Below are positions 19,230-29,154 of a stretch of 62,505 bases of DNA, piece by piece (position 1 is the first letter of the stretch; each line of letters starts with the position of its first letter). Source of the DNA: Candidatus Tayloriibacteriota bacterium (GTDB lineage Bacteria > Patescibacteriota > Minisyncoccia > Phycocordibacterales > PALSA-1337); NCBI GenBank assembly GCA_003151615.1, contig PLXZ01000005.1, positions 1 to 62,505 of the forward strand, read 5' to 3'. The notes below the pieces were generated by a model. The model was not told the DNA's origin. It did no database searches and worked only from the letters and a program-made list of their open reading frames with translations. A program made the position numbers and the translations under genes.

Positions 19230-19241
19230 ATTTTTGTATTT

Positions 19242-22200
19242 TTAATTCCCTCCCGAATCGTCGGTCGATGAGGCGACGGAGTCATTGCCCGATGTTGGAT
19301 TGCTTAGTGTCGGCGTTGGAGCGACGGTTGGGCTCGAACTTGCCGTCACGATAGGCGACGATGATGAAATAACAGGAGTGGTTATTGATGGAGTCGTCGA
19401 AGAAGTCGGCGTACTTGAAGCGGCAGGCGCGGTTGTCACGCTCGACACGTCCGACACGGTTGACGAAGCCATAATTGAAGTTGTCGTCGAATCAGAACCG
19501 GAATCAATTGTTGAAACAGGCGCGGATGGTGGCGGCGTCGGAGTCGTGACGGGAGCCGTTGATGGAGCATCCGGAACGGTCATCATAGTTGGAGTGCTTG
19601 AAGCAGTCGACGAACAGGTTCCGAGGACCTTCGCAAATTCACCCTCGACGAGCCGCACGCAATACATGTATCCCGTCGCCTGATCCGTCATTTGCAAACC
19701 GTCTGAAATGCTTGCCGTCTGGGTCGTCAAACTCTGCGTTTCGAGAGTCTGCGTCTGGACATCGTTTGAAATGACTATGCTTGCCGACATTTTATTGACG
19801 ACCCAGCTTCCCGCGGAATTGATTGCCTGACCGCTCGACTGGAGCATTGCGATAACTGCATTCGCAATTGTTTGAATAAATGAATCCGAAGTCGAAAGCG
19901 TCGCCGCGGTCGATGAAGCGATATCCGCCGACGTCGAAGCGAGCGACGCAGTCAATTGTGCGGTTGAAAGTGTCAAAGCCGAAACCTGCGCAGAAAGTGT
20001 CGTCGTGGCATTTGCCAAGGCGAGCGAGTAGGCCTGTAACTGCGCGGAGAGCGACGCCAACGTCGTCGAAGCTTGGACCGTACTCGAAGACGTCGTCATG
20101 ATTTCTCCCTGCTGAGCCTGAACGGCCTTCACCAACGGCGCGATGATACCCTGATAATTCAAGTAATATGTCTGATCCGGCGTCAAATATGTCGACGTAG
20201 TCGTGCCGACGAGATTCGGCGCGAATTTATCAACCTGCTGGGCGATAAATCCGAACTGTTCCTGCATCGAATTCGTACCCGGAATCGAAGGATCCTTCCA
20301 ATAGAACGAAACCGGATTTAAGCTGTTGATCAAATTGAGCGAATCCGCGGCGTCAAGATCCGTGATATTTGTTTTGAGGCGTTGGTCAGAGAATGAGACC
20401 TCGCAGTACACCGTACCGCTCGCCGTCGTGCCGAGACCTCCGCTTCCGCCGTTGCAACCCTTGACGCTTTCATCCGTGACGTTTCCTCCGACGTCAAGGG
20501 CGGATCCCGGCGTCGATGTGCCGATGCCGACGAAACCGCTGTTCAATACAGTAAAGAGACTCGACGAAGCATACGACAGAACCGAAAAGCCCGGCTCGGT
20601 CGAAGTCGCCCAAACAGTCAATGTAGCATTCGGCGCGGTACTGCTGCCAATGTTGACGCTCGGCGTGAGGATGTTTCCTTGTCCGTCAGCCGTACCGAAT
20701 ATTGTCAGCACGGGATTGCCGTTTAGGTTCGCACTGTACGATTCGATCGTGCCCGTCGCCGAAGCGGTCGTGATCGGCAGATCGACCCACGACACTTGAC
20801 CCGCGTCCATATCGAACGACATGTTACCCATTTGAAGGTTCTGGATTGACGTCGCGGTCGAAGAGAGGTCGTACGTCAAACCTCCGTTCCCCACCACCAA
20901 GCCGCCGGAAATTGTCGACGTCGCCGTCGTCGATGCCGCAATGAGATTGTTCGCGCTGAAACTTCCGGTAAATAATCCGTTACCGACAGCTTCAAGTGCG
21001 CTGAACGGCGTCGAGCTTCCAATTCCCACATTCCCATTCGATAAAACAGTGAGAAGTGAAGACGTCGCGCCTGCAGTTGAAGTTGTCGAAGCAATGGTGA
21101 ATATCGGAGTGGTGGATCCGTAGGTACCAAGAACGAAAAACTTGGAATATGGGGTCGAAGTTCCGATTGATATTCGGTCAGTGGACGTGGCGTTGTATAT
21201 CGTCTGGTTGCCGATCGTCCACGCGGAATTGCCGAAAGTAAAACCAAGGGATGAAGTCGAGGTTGTGCCGACCAAACCGTTCGTTGCCCAGAGGAGGCCG
21301 TTGAGATTTGAAGCGAGCTGGGTGGCGCCGCTGATCGAGATGTTGCCGGCAAATGTCGACGTACCGGTTGAGGTCGCGATGATCGTTCCGAACGTTCCGA
21401 TTCCGGCCAGGAGATTCGAGCCGGTGGTAAGGGTTGTGGACGCGCTGGAATTTGAGAAAAAGTTGGGGCCTCCCGAGGAAGTCGTAGCAATAACGTTACC
21501 ATTTGCGTCAACGGCGAGTACGGTCGACGAGAGGTTGGTCAATTTAATTCCCGTCAACGTCGACGTCGCGGTTATTTGAGCAGTGCCCGCGACCGAGAGG
21601 AGCGAGCCGGGAGTCGATGTGCCGATGCCAACTTTGCCGCTCGAAGAAGCCAGAAGGATATTTCCTGCTGCAGAGCCGGACCCGATTGCCCCCGGATTCA
21701 AAGTTATATTGCCTCCGGGAGTTGAAGTACCCGCTGAAGCTCCGCTTCCCGCAGTGAACGTCAACGAGCCGGCAGTACCAGCTGTGGCACTACCTCCCCC
21801 CGTACCAGCATTTCCCGCCGTAAATGAGATCGAACCGCCGTTACCTCCTCCACCGCCACTGTTTACCCCATTGCTGCCATTACCGGATGACAAGATCAGG
21901 GAGCCTCCATGGTTACCATTTCCACCACTGCCACCGTTGGCCCCTCCGTTTCCCGATCTGATGACGACTGTTCCTCCAGTTGCCAAACCGGCCCCGCCAG
22001 CCCCCGATCCCGTATCACCACCCACAAGCGTAATGCCCCCGCCAGAACCGAACGTACTGCCGCTATAGCCTCCAGTACCTCCATAGACCGCAAGACCGTC
22101 GGTTCCATTTCCAGAACCGCTTCCATTCGCAGCATTCACAGACAAGGCAGCAAACGGAGAAGTGGAACCGATTCCCACATTCCCCCCAAACGTCGCCGCA

Positions 22201-24260
22201 TTGGCAAACGTGCTCGTCCCCGTCGTACTCGTCGCATTGATTGTTCCGAACGTTCCGGTTAAAGCGGTGAGTATTGAACCGGTGGTGAGAGACGTCGTGG
22301 CGGAGGAATTGGTGAAGTAGTTGACACCCCCCGCGGAAGTCGTGGCGATGACGTTGCCCGATGGGTCAACCGCAAGAAAAGTACTTGCAAGATTTGATAT
22401 ATTCAGTCCTTGTGTCGTTGTTGTGCCGATGACTGATAAAGCGGTTGCTGGGGTTGTTGTGCCGATGCCGACGTTGCCGTTACTGCTTCCATAAATGAAA
22501 TTACCTATATTTAATTGATTTGAACCAGTGGTGGAAGCAACATCTACACTATAACCAATCACGATATTTCCACTACCCGCCGTTTGGTTGAATCCAGCCG
22601 CCTGCCCAAGAAATACATTGTTTCCTGAGGCGCCAAGTAGATTAAACCCAGCATTTCTTCCTACAGCCGTATTGTTTGAACCAGTCGTTAAATTGTATAG
22701 ACAATTAAATCCGATACATGTATTGCTAAGTCCTAAAGTGGTACTGTGCATTGAAGCTGACCCAATTACGGTATTACCACCACCAGCGGCTCCGATAAAC
22801 GAGGGCATAGAGCCATTTCCAATGGCTGTGTTGTCATTTGATGAGGTTGCGTCAAATAATGCCCCATTTCCTATAGCCGTATTATTACTACCAGAAGTAT
22901 TGACTGGAAGTGAATACCTTCCAATTGCAGTATTGAATTGACCCGTTGATAATGCATTTAACGCATTTTGTCCAAACCCTGTATTATATTGCCCTGTTGC
23001 AGTTGTATTTCCACTACTGCCACCAAAATAAAAGTTTTGAAGCGTCGTGCTAGCTGTGATAGTTCTTGTTCCGTTAAAATCTATATACGAAGTGTTTCCC
23101 GAAACCCTGATATTTCCATTGACATCAAGTGCTTGGGCTGGTGCCGTCGTCCCAATGCCGACGTTGCCGCCGAAATAATTCGTCGCTGATGTGTTTGTGG
23201 CATTCACCGTACCGAATGTTCCTGTGAGAGCAGTCAAGATTGAACCGGTGGTGAGAGACGTCGTGGCGGAGGAATTGGTGAAGTAGTTGAAAATACCAAG
23301 TGAGGATGATGACGTCGTCCCGACAACGCCATTAGTTGCGAAGAGAATTCCGTTTAATGACGAAGCGAGGTTTGTCTGACCGTTAACCGTCAATGCGCCG
23401 GTCGCCGTCAGGTTGCCGCCGAACAAACTGTTCCCTCCGACCGAAAAAAGAGCGCCCGGGGTTGAACTCCCGACACCCACGTTGCCGCTCGGCAAAACAG
23501 TCAAAAATGAAGCGCCGGATGACGAGGCGACGGTGAACAATGTCGTGGTGGCGTTGGTCGTCGAACCTTCGACGGAGAGAAGTGAACCGGGTGTTGACGA
23601 GCCGATGCCGACGTTTCCGTTGGACAAGAGGGCAAACACGCTCTGCGAGGCCGCACCGAAAAATTCCGCTATTTTGCCGGCGCCGGTCTGAAGAATATTC
23701 AAAAATGTCGAGGCTGAACTCGTCGAATTCTGCTGGTCGTTGCGGATGAACTGCTTATCTGAAACTCCGTTCAAGGTCAATGCGACCGTCGAAGTTCCCG
23801 CAAACATTGCCGCGGGCACCGCGCCCAAAATTTTTCGCGGCGTCATTTCGCCGTCGTATGAAGGTGTCGAGCCCGTACCCCCGATGTTCACGCCCAAATA
23901 CAACGTCTGATTAAAATTTACATTCGTAAACGGCGTCGTCGATCCGAGCATCACGCTGAACAATCCATTCGTGATCGTCACGCGCTGATCCGTTCCCGAT
24001 CCGGTACAGGTCGTTCCGTTGTTTGTCGAAAAACAATCCGTCTCCGTCCAAATCGAAGCGCCTCCGGTTGGAACCGTGTACAAATTAAATTGGACATTGT
24101 AATTTCCGTTCGTCACCGCGACGCCCGACGGAGTGGTCAGTCGTCCTTGATAATTTATTTGGTTGTTGAAAGCCGCATGCGCGACATCGGTGGGAAGAGT
24201 AGCCCCGACTGCCAGTCCGAGTCCGACGAAGAAAATAATTGTGAAAAATAATTTCTTCAT
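19242..24260 (-). CDS. giant (1672 aa) secreted tail-fibre-like repeat protein with an intramolecular-chaperone (peptidase S74-like) domain
   Basis: Signal peptide MKKLFFTIIFFVGLGLAVGA from ATG 24260, followed by many GNVGIG(S/T)(S/T)TP repeats. SDQRLKTNITDLD..FGFIAQQVDKFAPNLV..YQGIIAPLVKAVQ lies at about nt 20100-20395. It is followed by ~285 aa of Ala-rich and then S/T/P-rich sequence. Confidence 0.75.
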   Translation of the reverse strand: MKKLFFTIIFFVGLGLAVGATLPTDVAHAAFNNQINYQGRLTTPSGVAVTNGNYNVQFNLYTVPTGGASIWTETDCFSTNNGTTCTGSGTDQRVTITNGLFSVMLGSTTPFTNVNFNQTLYLGVNIGGTGSTPSYDGEMTPRKILGAVPAAMFAGTSTVALTLNGVSDKQFIRNDQQNSTSSASTFLNILQTGAGKIAEFFGAASQSVFALLSNGNVGIGSSTPGSLLSVEGSTTNATTTLFTVASSSGASFLTVLPSGNVGVGSSTPGALFSVGGNSLFGGNLTATGALTVNGQTNLASSLNGILFATNGVVGTTSSSSLGIFNYFTNSSATTSLTTGSILTALTGTFGTVNATNTSATNYFGGNVGIGTTAPAQALDVNGNIRVSGNTSYIDFNGTRTITASTTLQNFYFGGSSGNTTATGQYNTGFGQNALNALSTGQFNTAIGRYSLPVNTSGSNNTAIGNGALFDATSSNDNTAIGNGSMPSFIGAAGGGNTVIGSASMHSTTLGLSNTCIGFNCLYNLTTGSNNTAVGRNAGFNLLGASGNNVFLGQAAGFNQTAGSGNIVIGYSVDVASTTGSNQLNIGNFIYGSSNGNVGIGTTTPATALSVIGTTTTQGLNISNLASTFLAVDPSGNVIATTSAGGVNYFTNSSATTSLTTGSILTALTGTFGTINATSTTGTSTFANAATFGGNVGIGSTSPFAALSVNAANGSGSGNGTDGLAVYGGTGGYSGSTFGSGGGITLVGGDTGSGAGGAGLATGGTVVIRSGNGGANGGSGGNGNHGGSLILSSGNGSNGVNSGGGGGNGGSISFTAGNAGTGGGSATAGTAGSLTFTAGSGASAGTSTPGGNITLNPGAIGSGSAAGNILLASSSGKVGIGTSTPGSLLSVAGTAQITATSTLTGIKLTNLSSTVLAVDANGNVIATTSSGGPNFFSNSSASTTLTTGSNLLAGIGTFGTIIATSTGTSTFAGNISISGATQLASNLNGLLWATNGLVGTTSTSSLGFTFGNSAWTIGNQTIYNATSTDRISIGTSTPYSKFFVLGTYGSTTPIFTIASTTSTAGATSSLLTVLSNGNVGIGSSTPFSALEAVGNGLFTGSFSANNLIAASTTATSTISGGLVVGNGGLTYDLSSTATSIQNLQMGNMSFDMDAGQVSWVDLPITTASATGTIESYSANLNGNPVLTIFGTADGQGNILTPSVNIGSSTAPNATLTVWATSTEPGFSVLSYASSSLFTVLNSGFVGIGTSTPGSALDVGGNVTDESVKGCNGGSGGLGTTASGTVYCEVSFSDQRLKTNITDLDAADSLNLINSLNPVSFYWKDPSIPGTNSMQEQFGFIAQQVDKFAPNLVGTTTSTYLTPDQTYYLNYQGIIAPLVKAVQAQQGEIMTTSSSTVQASTTLASLSAQLQAYSLALANATTTLSAQVSALTLSTAQLTASLASTSADIASSTAATLSTSDSFIQTIANAVIAMLQSSGQAINSAGSWVVNKMSASIVISNDVQTQTLETQSLTTQTASISDGLQMTDQATGYMYCVRLVEGEFAKVLGTCSSTASSTPTMMTVPDAPSTAPVTTPTPPPSAPVSTIDSGSDSTTTSIMASSTVSDVSSVTTAPAASSTPTSSTTPSITTPVISSSSPIVTASSSPTVAPTPTLSNPTSGNDSVASSTDDSGGN

Positions 24261-24261
24261 G

Positions 24262-24681
24262 TTATTGGCCGATGGTTGGGAACGGCTGGGCGATATTTGA
24301 AGGATTGTTTTCAAGGCCAGCCGTCGGATCGACCGTGTCCGAGAGGCTCGTATTCACCGGCATTGAATCCGGTATGTCCTTTGCAATCACTCCGCTGTAC
24401 ATTTCGTACATGCCGAGGGCGACCGCCGCCAAACAGAACGCCATGCAGAACATGAACCAGAAAAAAACAACTTTTATGTCGCTGAAAAAGACTTTTTGGG
24501 CCGGCGCAAAGTGTTGCGTCGTGAAGTATTCCTGGACCTCGCTTTTGCTCACAAACCAGTTTTTCCCAACTTTTCTGCCCTTGACCTTATTTGACCTAAC
24601 GAGCGCACCAATGTAGTCCGGATGATACCCGGAAATCGACCCCGCTTCCTTTAATGTTATAAAATCGTCAAATATGGCCAT
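24262..24681 (-). CDS. excisionase/MerR-like HTH protein with one transmembrane helix
   Basis: ITLKEAGSISGYHPDYIGALVRSNKVKGRKVGKNWFVSKSEVQEYF followed by the TM helix VVFFWFMFCMAFCLAAVALGMY. Its stop lies 1 nt before the start of the giant gene. Confidence 0.55.
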   Translation of the reverse strand: MAIFDDFITLKEAGSISGYHPDYIGALVRSNKVKGRKVGKNWFVSKSEVQEYFTTQHFAPAQKVFFSDIKVVFFWFMFCMAFCLAAVALGMYEMYSGVIAKDIPDSMPVNTSLSDTVDPTAGLENNPSNIAQPFPTIGQ

Positions 24682-24839
24682 GTTGAGAGCTTATTTGGAA
24701 ATCTCGAGTAACTCGAGATTTTATTTAAAGCCCTAGAAACCTACACTTCAATTATATCATTAAAATGGCAAAAACTGGGGATAACTCTGTGGGTAAATTA
24801 AGGATAAAAAGGTATAAACTGTGCGTAAAATTCCAAAAA

Positions 24840-26483
24840 CTACTCGTTTTTCAAATTAAGCACCAAGAGGAGAATTATTAAAATAATAATCAGTTCAAAA
24901 AGCATAAACAGGACCGGCAGAGTGGTGCATAGAAAATTATTACTGACATATGTCTGAAAAAGATAGCTGAACATGTTTTGCGGGACAAATGGAGGGGTCG
25001 GACCGGTCGCGATAAACGTTCCGGTGACGCGAACCCCGCTTCCCCACTGCAAAAAGTTTATTTCAAACGGAGTCGGACCGGTGGGAAGGATTGCCGGAAT
25101 GAAAGCTTCGAGCGATCCGTCATTTAATTTTTCAAAAATAAATGTCTGCTCCGCCGCAGTTCCCTCCGCGACCGTGATCGTCGTTTCTTCCGTATTTTTC
25201 GGAACTATTGACGCCGGAATTTCGACGAGCGTCGGCAGGTCGGCTTCAACCGTGACCGTCGAATTTATTTCCGGTATTAATTTGTTGTTTTGAATAAAAT
25301 TAATCAGGGAAAGAATCGATGAAGTCATTCCCGGCGTACCTCCGCCGAAAATCGGCGTGGATGTCGCGGGCGCCCCGGAAACGAACGGCAAACCGTATTC
25401 CAAAAGAGTTCCCGACGAATGCGCGCCCTCCGTATTGAACGCGAACGCGGAATAATAATATTCCTGTCCGGGAATCGCGCTCGTGTCCAAAACTTCTTCC
25501 TCCGGACCCTGATAGACGAGATACCCTTCGTTCGGATCGCGTGGGAAAAATCGCGTGCCGCGGGTAATCACGACGTAATCGAAATCGGGCTCGAACGGAT
25601 TGACCCAGGTCAGCAAAATATTTCCACCGAACGAAACTTGTCCGGCAAAATCGGTGACGTTGAGCGGGATGCTGTTGGAAATCGGCAATGTCCTGAAAGG
25701 ATATGTAGTGTAAATGACCTGCCCGTACTGGTCCGCTGCGCCGATGACCAAAACATAGTCCGTATCAGGCGCCAGATTATCCAATTCGACCGAATGAGGG
25801 ATGGAATAAGCCGTTTCCGAGCCGGAACCGCTTGCCCCGTCGGCATTAAGGCCCCAGCTCATGCTCGAAATCGACGGCAAGCTGGTATACCAGTTTATGA
25901 CGGCGCTCGAAGTGCCCGTTTCCGATGAAAAATCCTCGAAAAAGAACTGCGAAGGGCCCGACGGAGAGGCTATCGGCTGGGTCGGCGGGGTGTTTGGCGG
26001 CGGTGGCGGCGTTGAATTGAGATTGAACGTGGCGGTAATGACTTCAGTTGTCGTTGCGGTGCAGGTGCCGGTTCCGGGACAAACCGCCGGATCTCCTCCC
26101 ACGCTCCATCCGAAAAAAGTCGAACCCGGATCCGCGACAGCTATCAAAACGGTCGTACTTGCGTTGGGAATATTATTTTCAAAACAAGTCGACCCGCAAA
26201 TAATATTTCCGTCTGAACTTGTGACTGTACCCGAACCGGTGCCATTTTTAATGATGGAAATGCTGTAGGTCGTAGTACTTACCGGATTCAGAACCGTGAG
26301 CGTGATGACGGTTTCGCTCTGCGCGGTCTGCGCGTGAGCCGCCGAAATGCCGGCCATGCCAATAACGCCGGCAAGTGCCACACAAACCATTGCACACACC
26401 ATCGCGCGAGCCGGCGCGAAAAGATAGCGTCGGAATGTTGAATGAGATGTTGAACGCGGGGTTTCGTATGCTCGTTTAAACAT
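24840..26483 (-). CDS. membrane-anchored surface protein (B-repeat-like beta domain plus FN3-like module)
   Basis: Signal/anchor MVCAMVCVALAGVIGMAGISAAHA. GSGTVTSSDGNIICGSTC..STFFGWS, then a Pro-rich linker, an FN3-like module and a C-terminal TM (LPVLFMLFELIIILIILLLVL). The start is uncertain: ATG 26483, ATG 26519 or GTG 26570, all inside or touching IR element copy 1. Confidence 0.6.
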   Translation of the reverse strand: MFKRAYETPRSTSHSTFRRYLFAPARAMVCAMVCVALAGVIGMAGISAAHAQTAQSETVITLTVLNPVSTTTYSISIIKNGTGSGTVTSSDGNIICGSTCFENNIPNASTTVLIAVADPGSTFFGWSVGGDPAVCPGTGTCTATTTEVITATFNLNSTPPPPPNTPPTQPIASPSGPSQFFFEDFSSETGTSSAVINWYTSLPSISSMSWGLNADGASGSGSETAYSIPHSVELDNLAPDTDYVLVIGAADQYGQVIYTTYPFRTLPISNSIPLNVTDFAGQVSFGGNILLTWVNPFEPDFDYVVITRGTRFFPRDPNEGYLVYQGPEEEVLDTSAIPGQEYYYSAFAFNTEGAHSSGTLLEYGLPFVSGAPATSTPIFGGGTPGMTSSILSLINFIQNNKLIPEINSTVTVEADLPTLVEIPASIVPKNTEETTITVAEGTAAEQTFIFEKLNDGSLEAFIPAILPTGPTPFEINFLQWGSGVRVTGTFIATGPTPPFVPQNMFSYLFQTYVSNNFLCTTLPVLFMLFELIIILIILLLVLNLKNE

Positions 26484-26485
26484 CA

Positions 26486-26574
26486 CATCATGCAAATGCG
26501 AATTTAATATTTTCTTCATATAAAAAATGGCTCTAAATCGAGGTTGAAATTTTCGCATTCGCATTTGCACGATG
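26486..26574. repeat. inverted-repeat element, copy 1 (arms 26486-26503 / 26557-26574, 17/18 match, 53-nt core)
   Basis: CATCATGCAAATGCGAAT ... ATTCGCATTTGCACGATG. The core carries AAAAAATGGCTCTAAATCGAGG. Confidence 0.85.
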
Positions 26575-26651
26575 TTGAAGAAAAAAGATTGTTCGCCATA
26601 ATGAATAATGACGTCAATTATACTACAAACACACTTCGGCGAGTTCTCGTT

Positions 26652-28055
26652 TTAGAGGGTAATCGCCGTCACGGTGATCGTCGCTGTGTATGTTCCCGCG
26701 TCCTGCAGCTTTGCGCTTCCCTCTTTTGCCTCGACATCCAGGGTCGTCACCGTTCCTGTCGCGCTGTTCGGCAAGGATGACTGGGCTATTATTTTCGGCG
26801 ACGTTGAAAAACTGTCCCAGCAGGCGAAAGCCGTATTGTTCGAACCTATGTTGCAGGCCGATCCGTTGTTGATGTATTTTTCCACCGCGTCGGCGCTGTT
26901 GACGCTGAAGCCGAACGCCGACGTGTTTGAAGCTATGGCAAAGGCGTAGTCGGGCGTTGGGCTCGATACCGGCGTGTAATCGGAAAAATATGAGCCAGCG
27001 GCCGTTTGCATGGCCGGAGATGAGCTTGCCTGAACGGAAAGCGAATACCCTGCCGGATTGTCCGTTACGATATTGATGGCCAGGGTTCCCGTCGCCGTTG
27101 CGCTTCCCAAGCCGCTTATGTGTCCGAGGTTAAGCGGCGACAACGTTCCAATCGAAATGTACGAAGTGTACATCTGCTGATAGCCGGCGCTCAGGAAATA
27201 ATTGGTGCTCGACGAATTTCCCGTGGCCATTTCCCCGGCCGTATCCTGCTCCTGATATGACGTGCTCGTCGAATAGTCTCCGCCGAAATTGATGGAATTA
27301 ATCGTGATCGTGTAGGAAGGACTTGTCATTTCATTTGCCGAAAGATTGGCGTAATTATAAAGTTGCAGAACGTCCGTCGCCGACAATGCGCGATTGTACA
27401 TGTGCACATCGTCGACTGTTCCGGGAAAATAGTCGCCGGCATATGCCTGGTTGCGCCCGATATTAACGTCAACTCCCGAAGCGGCAATAGACCCGGTAAG
27501 TGTGCTGGAAGCCACCTGTACGCCGTTGATATATGCATACACATGACTGCCGTCGTAGACTCCGGTATAGAGATACCATTTGCCGTTTACCAATTGCTGG
27601 CTCCATGTCGCTCGGCCTTCGGCAGAACCGTTGCCGACGTCGAAAAATCCCGTAGCACCGCCGTTGTTGTACATGAGCTGAAAACCTTTGTTGTCCGAGT
27701 CAGTATGGTCATTGGCCACGATGCGGGGATTGTCGCCCGCGCCTACGTTGCTCGGCTTTATCCACGCCGATACGGTAATTGCCGAATAGTTGACTGTCAT
27801 TGCTGGCACGTCAAAGTATTGGCTCGTTCCATTGAATGAAAGCGCATAAGGGCCGATTTCCCCTGCGACATAGGAAGGAGTACTCACCGAGGTTCCCGTA
27901 TTCGCGGATCCGGAATAATCGATCACGTTGGAGCCGGCGCCTTCATCCATTTTCCACCAACCGACGAGCCCAGTCGAAATGTCGGCGTGCGCGCTGACGA
28001 AAGGCACGGCGAAGAAAACTACCGACAAAAATAATGGGACTGCTTTTTTCATCAT
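26652..28055 (-). CDS. secreted LamG-domain protein with a C-terminal beta-rich domain
   Basis: Signal peptide MMKKAVPLFLSVVFFAVPFVSAHA. LamG pattern GLVGWWKMDEGAG..VDDVHMYNRALSATDVLQLY. The C-terminus ends DAGTYTATITVTAITL. Confidence 0.65.
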   Translation of the reverse strand: MMKKAVPLFLSVVFFAVPFVSAHADISTGLVGWWKMDEGAGSNVIDYSGSANTGTSVSTPSYVAGEIGPYALSFNGTSQYFDVPAMTVNYSAITVSAWIKPSNVGAGDNPRIVANDHTDSDNKGFQLMYNNGGATGFFDVGNGSAEGRATWSQQLVNGKWYLYTGVYDGSHVYAYINGVQVASSTLTGSIAASGVDVNIGRNQAYAGDYFPGTVDDVHMYNRALSATDVLQLYNYANLSANEMTSPSYTITINSINFGGDYSTSTSYQEQDTAGEMATGNSSSTNYFLSAGYQQMYTSYISIGTLSPLNLGHISGLGSATATGTLAINIVTDNPAGYSLSVQASSSPAMQTAAGSYFSDYTPVSSPTPDYAFAIASNTSAFGFSVNSADAVEKYINNGSACNIGSNNTAFACWDSFSTSPKIIAQSSLPNSATGTVTTLDVEAKEGSAKLQDAGTYTATITVTAITL

Positions 28056-28080
28056 TCAAGAAATATTACTTTCTACCGCG

Positions 28081-29148
28081 CTATTTCTTCCGTCTGAATT
28101 CGAACCGGGTGAATATGAAGTAGACGAAGAGGGCTATGACAATGAGACCGGCAAGTATCGGCGCGACAATTTTCCATGGCAACACCCAATACGTTATCGT
28201 CTTCGTGTCAACCAATCCTCCGTAGCCGCGGTTCAACTGCAATGTCGCGGTGTATCTGCCAAATCTGAAATCGGTGTCGGGCCAATTGACTGTCAAATAC
28301 CGCAACGAATCAGGGAGAGCGAAGAACGCGTTCACCGGAATGTCGGCGACGTCCCTTCCAATCATGTTAGTCACGTGGATTTCTCCGTACGGAACGAGGT
28401 ATTCGTTGCCCGTGTTGTTGAAGAGCACTTTGAAGCCGTCAGGCGACTGTGAGTAGATCCATTGCGGAGTGTTGACGCGGAAATCGGAAACGGAACCGCT
28501 CGATGAAGCCACGCCCGCAACCTTTATGAAAAAGAGGACTGCCACCCGTGAAATGATGCGCGTGGTTGCCCCGTTGGCCGCCGTATTGATGTTGACTTGA
28601 GGCTCGTCGGAAACGATGACGGCGCTAAAATAACCGCCCGGTGCTATATTTTTTGGAACAGTCACGGTGACCGGCAAATCGATTCGGTCGCCGAAATTAA
28701 GCGAAAAAGCCGGTACGGCCGGAGTGATGTTGTCTTTGAACGACCACGGGCTTGCCTTGTCGCCGAGCAAAATCACCGGCTGGTCTTCGGTCTGCGACCC
28801 CTGGAAATCTTCGACTGATACGTTAAATTTTGTCGGCTTGCTTATGCGGCTGGTGACGGAAATGTCCTTCGTCACAGTGTCGCCCGGATTGACGTCGATT
28901 TCAATTTTGCCCGGCTCGACAATAAAGTCATTTTTATCGTCGACGCTCAGGTTTGTTATCTGCGGTTTAACGCCGGTCGGAAGGCTCGCTGTTGAAGACG
29001 AATTTACGGTAACGCCTGAAGATGTTCCCAACACCGGTCCGTTCTGCTGGGCCTCGGCAATGGAAAAAGCCCCGACAAAAAAACAAACAGCTGTGAGCGC
29101 GCTGGTCAGAATCTGTACGCCTCTGACTAATGTCTTTTTCTTGCTCAT
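28081..29148 (-). CDS. C-terminally anchored cell-surface protein with CscA-like (DUF916/DUF3324-type) architecture
   Basis: Signal peptide, two Ig-like halves (GGYFSAVIVSDEP, RVAVLFFIKVAG, LFNNTGNEYLVPYGEIHVTN), a C-terminal TM helix and an RRKK tail. The assignment rests on pattern and architecture only. Confidence 0.45.
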   Translation of the reverse strand: MSKKKTLVRGVQILTSALTAVCFFVGAFSIAEAQQNGPVLGTSSGVTVNSSSTASLPTGVKPQITNLSVDDKNDFIVEPGKIEIDVNPGDTVTKDISVTSRISKPTKFNVSVEDFQGSQTEDQPVILLGDKASPWSFKDNITPAVPAFSLNFGDRIDLPVTVTVPKNIAPGGYFSAVIVSDEPQVNINTAANGATTRIISRVAVLFFIKVAGVASSSGSVSDFRVNTPQWIYSQSPDGFKVLFNNTGNEYLVPYGEIHVTNMIGRDVADIPVNAFFALPDSLRYLTVNWPDTDFRFGRYTATLQLNRGYGGLVDTKTITYWVLPWKIVAPILAGLIVIALFVYFIFTRFEFRRKK

Positions 29149-29154
29149 GATTGA

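Noticed and set aside
20326-23691. Plus-strand ORFs inside the giant tail-fibre-like gene (e.g. 20326-20799, 21142-21579, 21583-22068 Pro-rich, 22588-22941).
   Set aside because: These are reverse frames of Gly/Ser/Thr repeat-coding DNA, which give Pro/Val/Glu-rich artefacts. The 5-kb minus-strand ORF with a signal peptide and a tail-fibre chaperone domain explains the region.
17079-24260. Diversity-generating retroelement (template/variable repeat pair) in the surface-protein genes.
   Set aside because: The internal repeats differ at all four bases rather than at adenines only. They are in-frame module duplications, and no reverse transcriptase or Avd-like gene is in the window.
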